32,000 bases of DNA, taken from NCBI RefSeq assembly GCF_000025945.1, contig NC_006138.1, positions 2,730,001-2,762,000 on the forward strand, in the 5' to 3' direction. Under the pieces are notes generated by a model, which worked only from the letters and a program-made list of their open reading frames with translations, was not told the origin of the DNA and searched no databases. Made by a program: the position numbers and the translations under genes. The stretch comes from Desulfotalea psychrophila LSv54 (lineage in GTDB: Bacteria > Desulfobacterota > Desulfobulbia > Desulfobulbales > Desulfocapsaceae). The first letter of the stretch is position 1. Each line of letters opens with the position of its first letter. Positions 7,351-16,088 of the stretch are shown piece after piece.

Positions 7351-9408
7351 TTACTCTCCCTGAGCCAGGGTAACAATTTTATCGGCAATCTGAGCAGGAA
7401 CCTCTTCATAGTGCGAAAAGTACAGAGAGAAGGAACCAAGACCACCTGTCATGGAGGTCAGCTCAGTTGCATAGGACTGAATCTCTGCCTGCGGCACCTG
7501 AGCGTTAATAATTTCATGTTTACCGTCGGAATCCATACCCATTACCTTACCACGACGGGAGCTAAGATCGCCCATAATATCACCAACATGGTCCTTATCC
7601 ACATTAATGACCATATTCATATATGGTTCAAGCAGAACCACCCCGGCCTCCTCTGCCCCCTTCTTAAAGGCCAAGGATCCGGCAATTTTAAAGGCCAGTT
7701 CAGAAGAATCCACATTATGAAAGGAACCATCAACCAGAGTCACCTTCACATCAATAAAGGGATAACCGGCAAGCACTCCCCGCTCCATGGCCTCCTGAAC
7801 ACCCTTGTCAACGGCAGGTCGATACTGTTGGGGAATGACACCACCAACAATTTTATCGACAAACTCATAGTGCTCTCCAGGCAGAGGTGAAATTTCTATC
7901 CAGCAATCACCATATTGACCACGACCACCCGACTGCTTCTTATGTTTCCCCTGCACCCGGGCAGCACCACGAATAGTCTCCATATATGGAATTTTGGGTA
8001 TGGCAAGCGCCATCTCCACCCCAAACTTACGCTTAATACGGGAACCAACCACATCGAGATGAACCCGACCTATACCTGAAAGGAGCACCTCCTCCGTCTG
8101 CGGCTGCCGAGAAAGGCTCAGGGTCTGATCCTCATCAAGCATCCTGGTAAGAGCGCTAAAGAGTTTTTCCTCGTCACCCTTTTTAGCACTTACGGCAAAG
8201 GAGATCACCGGTTGAAATGGCTCCACCGACTCAATAATTACCGGATGGTCTTCACAGCAGAGGGTGTCACCGGTAACGGTACTCTTCAATTTGGCTACGG
8301 CCACCACCATACCCGGACCGGCCTCTTCAATAGCCCGTTGCTCTTTACCCTCAAGTAGATAAAGCTGACCAAATCTCTCAGCCAACTTCTGATTGGCATT
8401 GAAAAAGTTATCGCCCTTAAGAATACCTGTCACAACCTTAAAAATAGTCAGGCGACCGGCGTAGGGATCTGCCATGGTCTTAAAGACAAGGCCGACAAAA
8501 GATTCATCCGGACCAACGATGATCTCCTCCGGATAACCGGACTCTGCATTCACGCCAATAATCTCCCGAGATTGGAGCGGAGAGGGCAGGTAGGTATTGA
8601 GAATATCAAGTATGGCAACAGATCCCTGATTATGCAGGGCCGAACAGACACAAACAGGGGCCAGCTTTGCAGCAATCACTGCGGCCCTGAGACCGTCAAC
8701 CAATTCATCAACGGTCAGTTCACCCTCTTCGAGAAATTTTTCAATCAGATCATCGTCGGTTTCTGCCACTACCTCCATCAGATACTCACGCCTGCCCTTA
8801 AGGTCGGCACGGAGTTCTTCGGACAGATCGGTAAGAACATGCTTACCGCTCTCTCCAGTAAAGAGATATGCCTGCTCAGTGATTATATCAACAAACCCCC
8901 TGAACTCACCCTCTTCGCCAATGGGGAGCTGGATGGCAACGGGTCTAAGAGGCAGCGACTCTTTCATTTCAGCCAAAGTTCTGGCAAAGTTCGCCCGCTC
9001 ACGATCCATCTTATTAATCGCTATAACCGTGGGTAAACCTTTTGCCGCCACCATTTCGGCAAACTTAATGGTCTGACCCTTAACCCCAAGAATCGCGCCA
9101 ATGGTGAAGAGGGCTCCATCACTGACGTTGGTGGTAAAAAGAGCCTCGTTTAAAAAATTATCATCTCCCGGAGCATCGGCAAGAAAAACATGGTGCTTAT
9201 TCCACAGATAATTATGAAATCCTGTATTAATAGAGATACCACGACCTGTCTCTTCAGCATCATAATCCATTACAGCACTACCGTCGTCAACCTTACCAAG
9301 TCGATTAATTTTTCCACTGGTATAGAGCAATGCTTCAGCAAGGGATGTTTTTCCACAGTTACCATGACCAACAATTACGATATTTCTCACCATACTTGTA
9401 TCTTGCAT
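7351..9408 (-). CDS. fusA: elongation factor G paralogue (EF-G2 / EFG II-like), not in a str operon context
   Basis: 685 aa with all five EF-G domains recognisable. G1 is GHGNCGKT, G4 is NKMD, and G3 reads DAPGD rather than DTPGH. A strong SD (GAGGAG) lies 6 nt upstream of the ATG at 9408. Confidence 0.9.
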   Translation of the reverse strand: MQDTSMVRNIVIVGHGNCGKTSLAEALLYTSGKINRLGKVDDGSAVMDYDAEETGRGISINTGFHNYLWNKHHVFLADAPGDDNFLNEALFTTNVSDGALFTIGAILGVKGQTIKFAEMVAAKGLPTVIAINKMDRERANFARTLAEMKESLPLRPVAIQLPIGEEGEFRGFVDIITEQAYLFTGESGKHVLTDLSEELRADLKGRREYLMEVVAETDDDLIEKFLEEGELTVDELVDGLRAAVIAAKLAPVCVCSALHNQGSVAILDILNTYLPSPLQSREIIGVNAESGYPEEIIVGPDESFVGLVFKTMADPYAGRLTIFKVVTGILKGDNFFNANQKLAERFGQLYLLEGKEQRAIEEAGPGMVVAVAKLKSTVTGDTLCCEDHPVIIESVEPFQPVISFAVSAKKGDEEKLFSALTRMLDEDQTLSLSRQPQTEEVLLSGIGRVHLDVVGSRIKRKFGVEMALAIPKIPYMETIRGAARVQGKHKKQSGGRGQYGDCWIEISPLPGEHYEFVDKIVGGVIPQQYRPAVDKGVQEAMERGVLAGYPFIDVKVTLVDGSFHNVDSSELAFKIAGSLAFKKGAEEAGVVLLEPYMNMVINVDKDHVGDIMGDLSSRRGKVMGMDSDGKHEIINAQVPQAEIQSYATELTSMTGGLGSFSLYFSHYEEVPAQIADKIVTLAQGE

Positions 9409-9758
9409 GCGTATCTCCTCAAAGTCGACGGTTATTTATGCTATTATGAATATGTCCTTTTTTATGATAAATGCTACCTGAGGCTAACCGGTATTTATCT
9501 TTTGCCTCCTCCTCTGTGCAAATTTACTAAGAGCAAAGATGCCTGGAAAAAATGACTTAATATTTTTTATCTATTTAATTATATTCTTTTAAAATGGTAT
9601 AAAGTCAAGCCTGCCAGTCCATCTAAGTAGGTGAAAAAACAAATAGCCCTTATGGGAGGTCTGAATGTAAATTTTTAACACGAAATAGTAGCTAAAAAGA
9701 CAATTTAAGAGTAATCTAGCACTAAATTTTCCCTCTCCTTTCTACCAGACAAAATCCA

Positions 9759-11351
9759 TTGCAATCAGAATCTCCTACCAAAGCCAAAATAGGTCGATCA
9801 GCAGCCGTTATTGGTATAGCTGTTCTCTGTAGCCGTCTCCTCGGTCTTGTTCGCGAGCAAGTCTTTGCCGGCCTTTTTGGCGCAGGTTTTGCCTATGACT
9901 CCTTTGTGGTGGCCTTTCGCATCCCCAACCTCCTTCGTGATCTTTTTGGGGAAGGTGCCCTATCGGCAGCCTTTGTCACTGTCTTTTCCGACTACAACAC
10001 CCGCAAGAGCCTCGATCAAACCTGGCAACTAGCATCCAACATCCTCTCCTTTTTTGCGGTAGCCCTCAGTCTTATCGTCCTCCTAGGTATCTTTTGCGCG
10101 GCCCCCCTGGTGGACCTGCTGGCCCCGGGTTTTGCCCTGACTGCCGGCAAATCAGAGCTCACCGTTACTCTTACCCGGATTATGCTACCCTTTTTGGTCT
10201 GTATATCACTGGCGGCAGTGGTCATGGGCATCCTCAACACCAAAGGACGTTTTTTTGTCCCCGCCATAGCTTCAAGTTTTTTTAATCTTGGCTCAATTAT
10301 AGGCGGCACAAGCCTTGCCTATATCCTACCTGAATATGGCTACCCCGCCATTGCCGGTATGGCCTGCGGCACCCTTATCGGCGGGCTATTACAACTGGCC
10401 GTACAAATCCCCAGCCTTTACCGCCTGGGCTTTCGCTATAAGCCACAACTACGTATCACCGATCCCGGTCTGTTACGGGTACTCAAACTGATGGTGCCCG
10501 CCACCATTGGTCTCTCAGCAACTCAACTTAATATTTTCATCAACACCAGTTTTGCAGCAAGCTGTGGTCAGGGTGCAGTCTCTTGGCTCAACTATGCCTT
10601 TCGTCTCGTCCAGCTCCCCATTGGCCTCTTTGGCGTGGCCCTCTCTATTGCCATGCTGCCCCTCCTGGCCCAACAGGCATCACTGAAAAAAATAGATGAG
10701 ATGAAGGAGACCATGACCTCTTCTCTAACCATGGTCTTCGCCCTTACCCTACCCGCCACCTTTGGCCTTATCTTTCTGTCCAGACCCATCATCATGCTCA
10801 TATTTGAGCACGGTGCCTTTACCGCGGCCGATACCATGGCCACTGCCCAAACCCTCGGACTCTATGCGGTGGGCCTCTTTGCCTACTCTGCAAACAAGAT
10901 TCTGGTACCTGCTTTTTATGCGATCAACAAAACCAAATACCCGGTAATAGCAAGTTTTATTGCCGTGGCCTGTAATTTAATCATTATCAATCTTACCATT
11001 GATCAATTCCAGCATCTGGCCATAGCCCTTTCCACCTCCGTCACCATGATTTTAAACTTCATCTTCCTCCTGACAGTACTGAACAGAGAGATGAAGGGCT
11101 TACCCCTTGCCCAGCTTATAAAAAACCTGGCCAAGATCCTCTGTGCCTGCCTGTTTCTGAGCTTAATTCTATTTCTGGCGGACAGTTATCTACCAAGCCT
11201 GCTCTCCTCACACATTTCTCTACAGATAACAAGCCTCTTTGCCACCATCATTCTGGCAACAGGGACCTACGGCATATGCCTACACTTTTTAGGTCTTGAA
11301 GAGATGCAGCTCATAACGAAGAAGGTACTGGGACGTTTTAAAAGGAGCTAA
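9759..11351 (+). CDS. murJ: lipid II flippase MurJ (MviN)
   Basis: A 530-aa polytopic membrane protein. The N-terminal signature is ..VLCSRLLGLVREQVFAGLFGAG..DSFVVAFRIPNLLR.LFGEGALSAAFV. TTG at 9759 is the only conventional start after the in-frame TAA at 9723-9725. No clear SD. Confidence 0.9.
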   Translation: MQSESPTKAKIGRSAAVIGIAVLCSRLLGLVREQVFAGLFGAGFAYDSFVVAFRIPNLLRDLFGEGALSAAFVTVFSDYNTRKSLDQTWQLASNILSFFAVALSLIVLLGIFCAAPLVDLLAPGFALTAGKSELTVTLTRIMLPFLVCISLAAVVMGILNTKGRFFVPAIASSFFNLGSIIGGTSLAYILPEYGYPAIAGMACGTLIGGLLQLAVQIPSLYRLGFRYKPQLRITDPGLLRVLKLMVPATIGLSATQLNIFINTSFAASCGQGAVSWLNYAFRLVQLPIGLFGVALSIAMLPLLAQQASLKKIDEMKETMTSSLTMVFALTLPATFGLIFLSRPIIMLIFEHGAFTAADTMATAQTLGLYAVGLFAYSANKILVPAFYAINKTKYPVIASFIAVACNLIIINLTIDQFQHLAIALSTSVTMILNFIFLLTVLNREMKGLPLAQLIKNLAKILCACLFLSLILFLADSYLPSLLSSHISLQITSLFATIILATGTYGICLHFLGLEEMQLITKKVLGRFKRS

Positions 11352-11383
11352 ACTCTCCCACCAACAAAGAGAAGCTTGTATTA

Positions 11384-11427
11384 ACAAAAAAAGGAGATAT
11401 CCACCCCTTGGGCAGATACCTCCTTTT
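11384..11427. terminator. bidirectional terminator between convergent murJ and the phasin-like gene
   Basis: The stem pairs 11391-11401 (AAGGAGATATC) with 11415-11425 (GATACCTCCTT), with one mismatch. An A7 run precedes it, giving a T-run on the minus strand. TTTT follows on the plus strand. Confidence 0.5.
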
Positions 11428-11454
11428 AAAATGATCCTAAAACGATTCCTGAGC

Positions 11455-11796
11455 CTACTCAGCCGGTTTATCCCCCGCAGGCTCTTCCTCATCCCCTTTT
11501 AAACCTGCAAGCTCAGCCCGAAGCGAGGCGATCTCCTCCCGAAGTGCCTTCATATCCTCTTTCCGGACAAGATCCATTTTAGCCAGGAGCGAGTTCACCC
11601 CTTCCTCTATCTGCTCTTTGAGCTCCTGACGAGATTTTTCCGCCGAGGCAAGCATATCGCCCACCAACTTTTCACCCTCTTTCTCGCTAATTTTCCCCTT
11701 AGCAATATACTCTTTGGCAATCTCTTCAATCTTTTCTTTAGTAAAAGAGGCCACACCAACTCCGGCAAAAACACCCTTTTTCATCCAATCAATCAT
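11455..11796 (-). CDS. phasin-family / PHA-granule-associated-like coiled-coil protein (COG3937-like)
   Basis: MIDWMKKGVFAGVGVASFTKEKIEEIAKEYIAKGKIS... followed by Glu/Lys-rich coiled coil. The ATG at 11796 has a strong SD (GGAGGGGG) 4 nt upstream. The longer ORF, reaching 11847, would overlap dus. Confidence 0.75.
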   Translation of the reverse strand: MIDWMKKGVFAGVGVASFTKEKIEEIAKEYIAKGKISEKEGEKLVGDMLASAEKSRQELKEQIEEGVNSLLAKMDLVRKEDMKALREEIASLRAELAGLKGDEEEPAGDKPAE

Positions 11797-11824
11797 ATTC
11801 CCCCTCCAGATATATTTTTCTATC

Positions 11825-12814
11825 CTATATGTCCCTTGAAATACCATAAAAATCTTCCGCTGCCTGCACTGCTTCCTCTACAGTATGACTCTTTTGCACG
11901 GCAGAAGCAAGGTGATGGCCAAATTGGTGATTTTTTGCTATATAGTGGGTAAATTCTTTAATTCGACCGAGTTGCCTTTCGGGAGCAAAAATTTCTACCA
12001 TTTTCTGGACAAAGCGAAAATAGATCTCAACCGGCCGGGATTCCGCCACGGGTAGATCCAGGCCATAGACCTCCCTGGCTATTTCATTAAAGAGCCAAGG
12101 CCTCTCCACCGCACCTCGGCCAAGCATAAGCCCAGCAGCACCGGAGAGCTCCAAACATCTGCGGGCATCATCCACCGAAAAGATACCACCATTGGCAAAG
12201 ATGGGAATATCAAGCTGCTCACAGATCGGAGCCAGCAACTGCCAACGAGGCTTTCGACAAAATTTTTCCCCATGATAGCGGGCATGCACGGCAAGTAGAT
12301 CAACACCCTCGGCCTCAAGCATCTTACAAAAATCAAGAAGATGCGCCTCCTTGCCGACATGGCCCACCCGGATTTTAGCCGAGAGAGTCAAATCCGTATG
12401 CCGGCGGGCAGAGGAAACTATATCTCTAACCCGATCCCAGTCTTCAGCCAGAGCTGCCCCCGCCCCACCACGACGTACGGAGGGAGCCGGACAACCCAAA
12501 TTAATATCGACACCATCACCACCAAGACGATGGATCTTATCCAGGGCCGGAGCTACATACTTAACATCCGCAATAAAAAGCTGATATATAAGTGGCCGCT
12601 CACAGGGAGTAGTATGCAAATAGGAGGATACTGCCGGATTTTCATGGGGAAGTCGCCTGGCGGCAAGCATCTCCGTATAAAAAAGACCACAACCACCAAG
12701 ATCAGCTATCAGAGAGCGCAGAGCTGAATGACTCAGGCCAACCATGGGAGCAAGAGAGAGAGGAGGCGCTGCGAGTCGCCCCTCGCCATCCCTCTGCAAA
12801 AACGTTAATTTCAT
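11825..12814 (-). CDS. tRNA-dihydrouridine synthase (Dus family)
   Basis: Motifs seen: LAPMVGLSHSALRSL, GVDINLGCPAPSVRRGGAGAAL (catalytic Cys), SAKIRVG, LAVHARY, IFANGGI and MLGRGAVERPWLF. I chose the start at Met26 (MKLTF, ATG at 12814) so the gene does not overlap the upstream gene, which ends at 12858. Confidence 0.85.
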   Translation of the reverse strand: MKLTFLQRDGEGRLAAPPLSLAPMVGLSHSALRSLIADLGGCGLFYTEMLAARRLPHENPAVSSYLHTTPCERPLIYQLFIADVKYVAPALDKIHRLGGDGVDINLGCPAPSVRRGGAGAALAEDWDRVRDIVSSARRHTDLTLSAKIRVGHVGKEAHLLDFCKMLEAEGVDLLAVHARYHGEKFCRKPRWQLLAPICEQLDIPIFANGGIFSVDDARRCLELSGAAGLMLGRGAVERPWLFNEIAREVYGLDLPVAESRPVEIYFRFVQKMVEIFAPERQLGRIKEFTHYIAKNHQFGHHLASAVQKSHTVEEAVQAAEDFYGISRDI

Positions 12815-12857
12815 ACAAATCTCATTTTGAAACGGTTTGAACAACACCCTGACAACC

Positions 12858-15140
12858 TTAAACCCAAGAGGCAAGCAGTCCCATATCAAGGGTCTCTTTA
12901 AATTTTATGTGTAGACAATGGGTTGTTATATCTATTATGCGAATCGCAACTATCTGCCCTGAGCAGAAACAGGCATTAGAATCAGGCCCTAATCGTACTG
13001 CCACATTTTCTCCAAGCAGACTATGTACACTGTTTACAAAGCCAGAACGAACAAAAAGTGACACCCCCTGCTGAGAAACATCTCTAGTCTGACCTTTCAC
13101 GGCCTGCGAATCTTCCCTGTCCCCCGTCAAGACAAGATGCGCAGAGGTTTTAATGGGAAAACGTTGAGAGGAACGACGCTCCCCTCCTGACATCTGCACC
13201 AGAGAAGATATGGTATTTCCCTGCGCACAGTAGGCCCTCAACTTTGCTCCCAAATACGGCTCTTTTTTCTCAAAGTTGATAAAATCATCATAGGCGAGAA
13301 CACCCAAATGCGAAAGACCTGTAGCCAACAGATTCACCGACCAAAGAGAGGCATCAAAAAAAAGCCTCTGTCCACAGCACTCTCCCGGACCAAACTTTTT
13401 CAAAAAGACCTTCCTGTTATCAGCAAGATAGAACATTTGCAAAGAGCCATCCAAGACAAAATAGAGACAGGCATTTATCTCACCAACACGCGCAACCTCT
13501 TCTCCGGGACGATACTCCTCTACCTTCATCAGTTTAAAAAAGACATCCTGCTCCTCTTTGCTAAAGCAGGAGGACAATACTCTCTCAATCACCTGCTGAT
13601 TGGGAAAATAATTACTCCTGCGTCGAGCTATCTCTTTTGCCAGGGAGGTATAATCTGCAAACCCCCCCGGGTTAATGGCCATCAGACGATCCACCGTTAA
13701 CTGAGCCGCAAGGAGATCATTTTTCTGCACAAAGGCAAGCCCCTCCTGATAGAGCAGATCTTCCTTTACAATTTTACTGTTCCTCTGCATGGCCCTCTCT
13801 ATTTTTGCCTCAAGCTCACGGAGACTTGCCTGACCACGTTGCAGCTCAACGGGATCCGTATCAAAGAGCACCTCTTCTTCTAGCTTCTTCCGACGTTGCT
13901 CATGACGCAGCTTAGGCCTGACCAAGGCAAGGGCACGCAGCGTGGCCTGTTCAAGCTCTTTAGAAATGGGTTCTTGGCGACTCTCCTCAAGGAGCATGGT
14001 CAACAAAAAGAGAGCTCGCGCTGAAAATTTCTTCTCAAGCACCGCAACAAGAGAGAGCAAGGCCTCCTGATTTTTACGCAGGAGAGAAAATGATCCCTCA
14101 AGAAAATCAAACAAACCCCTATAAACAAAATCACCACCCAGATCCACCAACTCTCTTATGACCCGAGCTTGAAGCGATGGCGCCAAAAGGGGCAAAAGCT
14201 CCAGTAGATGAGGGACAAGGGAGTCCCCTTCCAGAGAAACAATTCCCTCTACAACCGCCTCCTGCAGACGGATATCAGGGGACGCAACATAATCCTTGAG
14301 AACGTCGTAGGAGTTCTCGCCCTCTGCCTCAACATAAATGGAAAGAAGGTTACGGCTAATATACCACGGTGGATTCTTAGATAAATAATCCAAAAGTATA
14401 GCTGTCACGGCCGAACCAAATCCTGTCAGGAGGGTAACAAGCGCCAACCTCTCATCCTTTTCCTGACTCTGCACCATGCGCTGGAGTAAAAAAAGAGCAG
14501 CCTTTCGTCCAAGTAAAACAAAGATGGTAGAAATATCCTCACAGAGACAACCACCCTCAAGATATTCAGTCCACATTTTTTCCAATAATGGTCTGGTTAA
14601 CAGAAGATTTTTAGAGGCAAGAATAGAGCTCCGAATTCGTTGTTCCTTCACCAGTTCCCCACTCCCTATACGATCAACCACCCTGAGAAAACTGTGCACA
14701 GCCCCGTAATCACCACTCTCGACAAGGCTTGCTGCCAATTGACTCATCTGTTTAGCCAAAACAGGAAGGCCAAGGAAATAATCATCCTCTCCTTCGTACC
14801 AAACTCCTGCTTGAGCCAGACAGAGAGAGACGGTCTCCTGAGAAAAAACGCCCTTCCATTTTTCCAAGCCCAGAGAGAGGAGAGACGCCGCCGCAAAACG
14901 AACCTCTTTATCCAAATGCGAAAGAGAGGGCAAGAGGGAGAGAAGAAGTTCAGGTGAACCATCAATAAGCACAAGCAAACCCTGAACAATATCCTCCCTT
15001 AAAATAAGGGAATACTTCCCAGAGATAAATGCCTGACAGCCATCCTCAACACGTTTTTTTTCACGTTCCTCCTCGGCCAAACGAAGACGATCCCGTGTTC
15101 CAAGCAGTGCTGCAGGCTGCTTACTTGTATCAAAATTCAT
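12858..15140 (-). CDS. multidomain protein: N-terminal helical-repeat (HEAT/ARM-like) region, cNMP-binding-like domain with degenerate phosphate-binding cassette, C-terminal PilZ domain
   Basis: 760-aa ORF. The C-terminal ~107 aa carry both PilZ signatures, RRSSQR (RxxxR) and DVSQQG (DxSxxG), about 28 aa apart. Before that lies a beta-barrel-like segment, LYFVLDGSLQMF...FGPGECCGQRLFFDASLWSVNLLA. The N-terminal ~500 aa are Leu-rich helical repeats. Confidence 0.8.
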   Translation of the reverse strand: MNFDTSKQPAALLGTRDRLRLAEEEREKKRVEDGCQAFISGKYSLILREDIVQGLLVLIDGSPELLLSLLPSLSHLDKEVRFAAASLLSLGLEKWKGVFSQETVSLCLAQAGVWYEGEDDYFLGLPVLAKQMSQLAASLVESGDYGAVHSFLRVVDRIGSGELVKEQRIRSSILASKNLLLTRPLLEKMWTEYLEGGCLCEDISTIFVLLGRKAALFLLQRMVQSQEKDERLALVTLLTGFGSAVTAILLDYLSKNPPWYISRNLLSIYVEAEGENSYDVLKDYVASPDIRLQEAVVEGIVSLEGDSLVPHLLELLPLLAPSLQARVIRELVDLGGDFVYRGLFDFLEGSFSLLRKNQEALLSLVAVLEKKFSARALFLLTMLLEESRQEPISKELEQATLRALALVRPKLRHEQRRKKLEEEVLFDTDPVELQRGQASLRELEAKIERAMQRNSKIVKEDLLYQEGLAFVQKNDLLAAQLTVDRLMAINPGGFADYTSLAKEIARRRSNYFPNQQVIERVLSSCFSKEEQDVFFKLMKVEEYRPGEEVARVGEINACLYFVLDGSLQMFYLADNRKVFLKKFGPGECCGQRLFFDASLWSVNLLATGLSHLGVLAYDDFINFEKKEPYLGAKLRAYCAQGNTISSLVQMSGGERRSSQRFPIKTSAHLVLTGDREDSQAVKGQTRDVSQQGVSLFVRSGFVNSVHSLLGENVAVRLGPDSNACFCSGQIVAIRIIDITTHCLHIKFKETLDMGLLASWV

Positions 15141-15194
15141 AAGTTAGCACCTCAAAAACGATTATATAGACAATCAGCAGGGGCAAAGACATCC

Positions 15195-15223
15195 TTGACA
15201 GAAACAGCTGAAGGCAGTAGTAA
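15195..15223 (+). promoter_or_regulatory. candidate sigma70-type promoter for the SH3 gene
   Basis: TTGACA (15195-15200), a 17-nt spacer, then TAGTAA (15218-15223), about 40 nt upstream of the ATG at 15263. The -10 element is a poor match. Confidence 0.3.
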
Positions 15224-15262
15224 AAGTATGATCAAATGTATCCTTTCTACCTCTAAAAAACA

Positions 15263-15964
15263 ATGGAGCTAAGAATGCCCTCTGCCTGCCTATCACTTTT
15301 TATCACCCTACTGCTCTCCATCTCTCTCAGCTCCCAGGCCATAGCCGCCGACAACAGTCCACAGTCATTACGATATGTATCTGATTTTCTTGTCATCAAT
15401 CTCAAGAACAGGATAGAGCGCCCCTATACCGTTGTCGATCATATAAAGAGCAACGCCCCACTGACTGTCCTTGGTGAAAGAGGGAAATATATCCATGTAC
15501 GTACAGCAGATGATAAGGTTGGCTGGGTTGCAAAACAGTATACCACAACTAAATTGCCAAAATCATTGATTATAAAAAATTTAGAAGAAGAAATATCTCA
15601 GCTCAAACAAAGCCAGCCTCCTGCCTCACAGATAGTGGAAGAGAAAATTCAAGAACTACAGCTAGAGCTCAACAGGGCTCAAGAGGAGATAATTCGCCTC
15701 AGTAAAAGCCAAGCGACAGCCGTGCCCAGTCAGAGTATCAGCCCGGAGGAGCACCAGAGGATAGTCGCCCAGGTTCAGATCCTCAAGAAACAACTGGCAA
15801 GGTCAAAACGCGAAAGCAGTGATGAAAAAATTACCCAGGAAAGTTCTTCCAAGGGAAATTATAGTAATATTTATTGGTTTATCGCCGGGGTAGGCACCCT
15901 TCTCATAGGCTTTTTACTCGGAAAAATACCCGAGAAACGCCGACAGAAACGGGTCTTTTATTAG
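15263..15964 (+). CDS. SH3b-domain protein with coiled coil and C-terminal membrane anchor (YgiM / TIGR04211-like)
   Basis: Signal peptide (..SLSSQAIAAD), an SH3b-like segment (LTVLGERGKYIHVRTADDKVGWVAKQY), a Gln/Glu-rich coiled coil and a C-terminal TM (IYWFIAGVGTLLIGFLLG) followed by a basic tail. Confidence 0.8.
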   Translation: MELRMPSACLSLFITLLLSISLSSQAIAADNSPQSLRYVSDFLVINLKNRIERPYTVVDHIKSNAPLTVLGERGKYIHVRTADDKVGWVAKQYTTTKLPKSLIIKNLEEEISQLKQSQPPASQIVEEKIQELQLELNRAQEEIIRLSKSQATAVPSQSISPEEHQRIVAQVQILKKQLARSKRESSDEKITQESSSKGNYSNIYWFIAGVGTLLIGFLLGKIPEKRRQKRVFY

Positions 15965-16088
15965 ACGATTAGGGAGAAAGCTTGAGTTTTTTGCTTATTT
16001 GCCCTAAATATCTATCTCCTTTAAGAGAAATCTCATACTCGTTCACACCTTATTGGTGTGCCCAAAAATATTAACAAGACAAATCATT

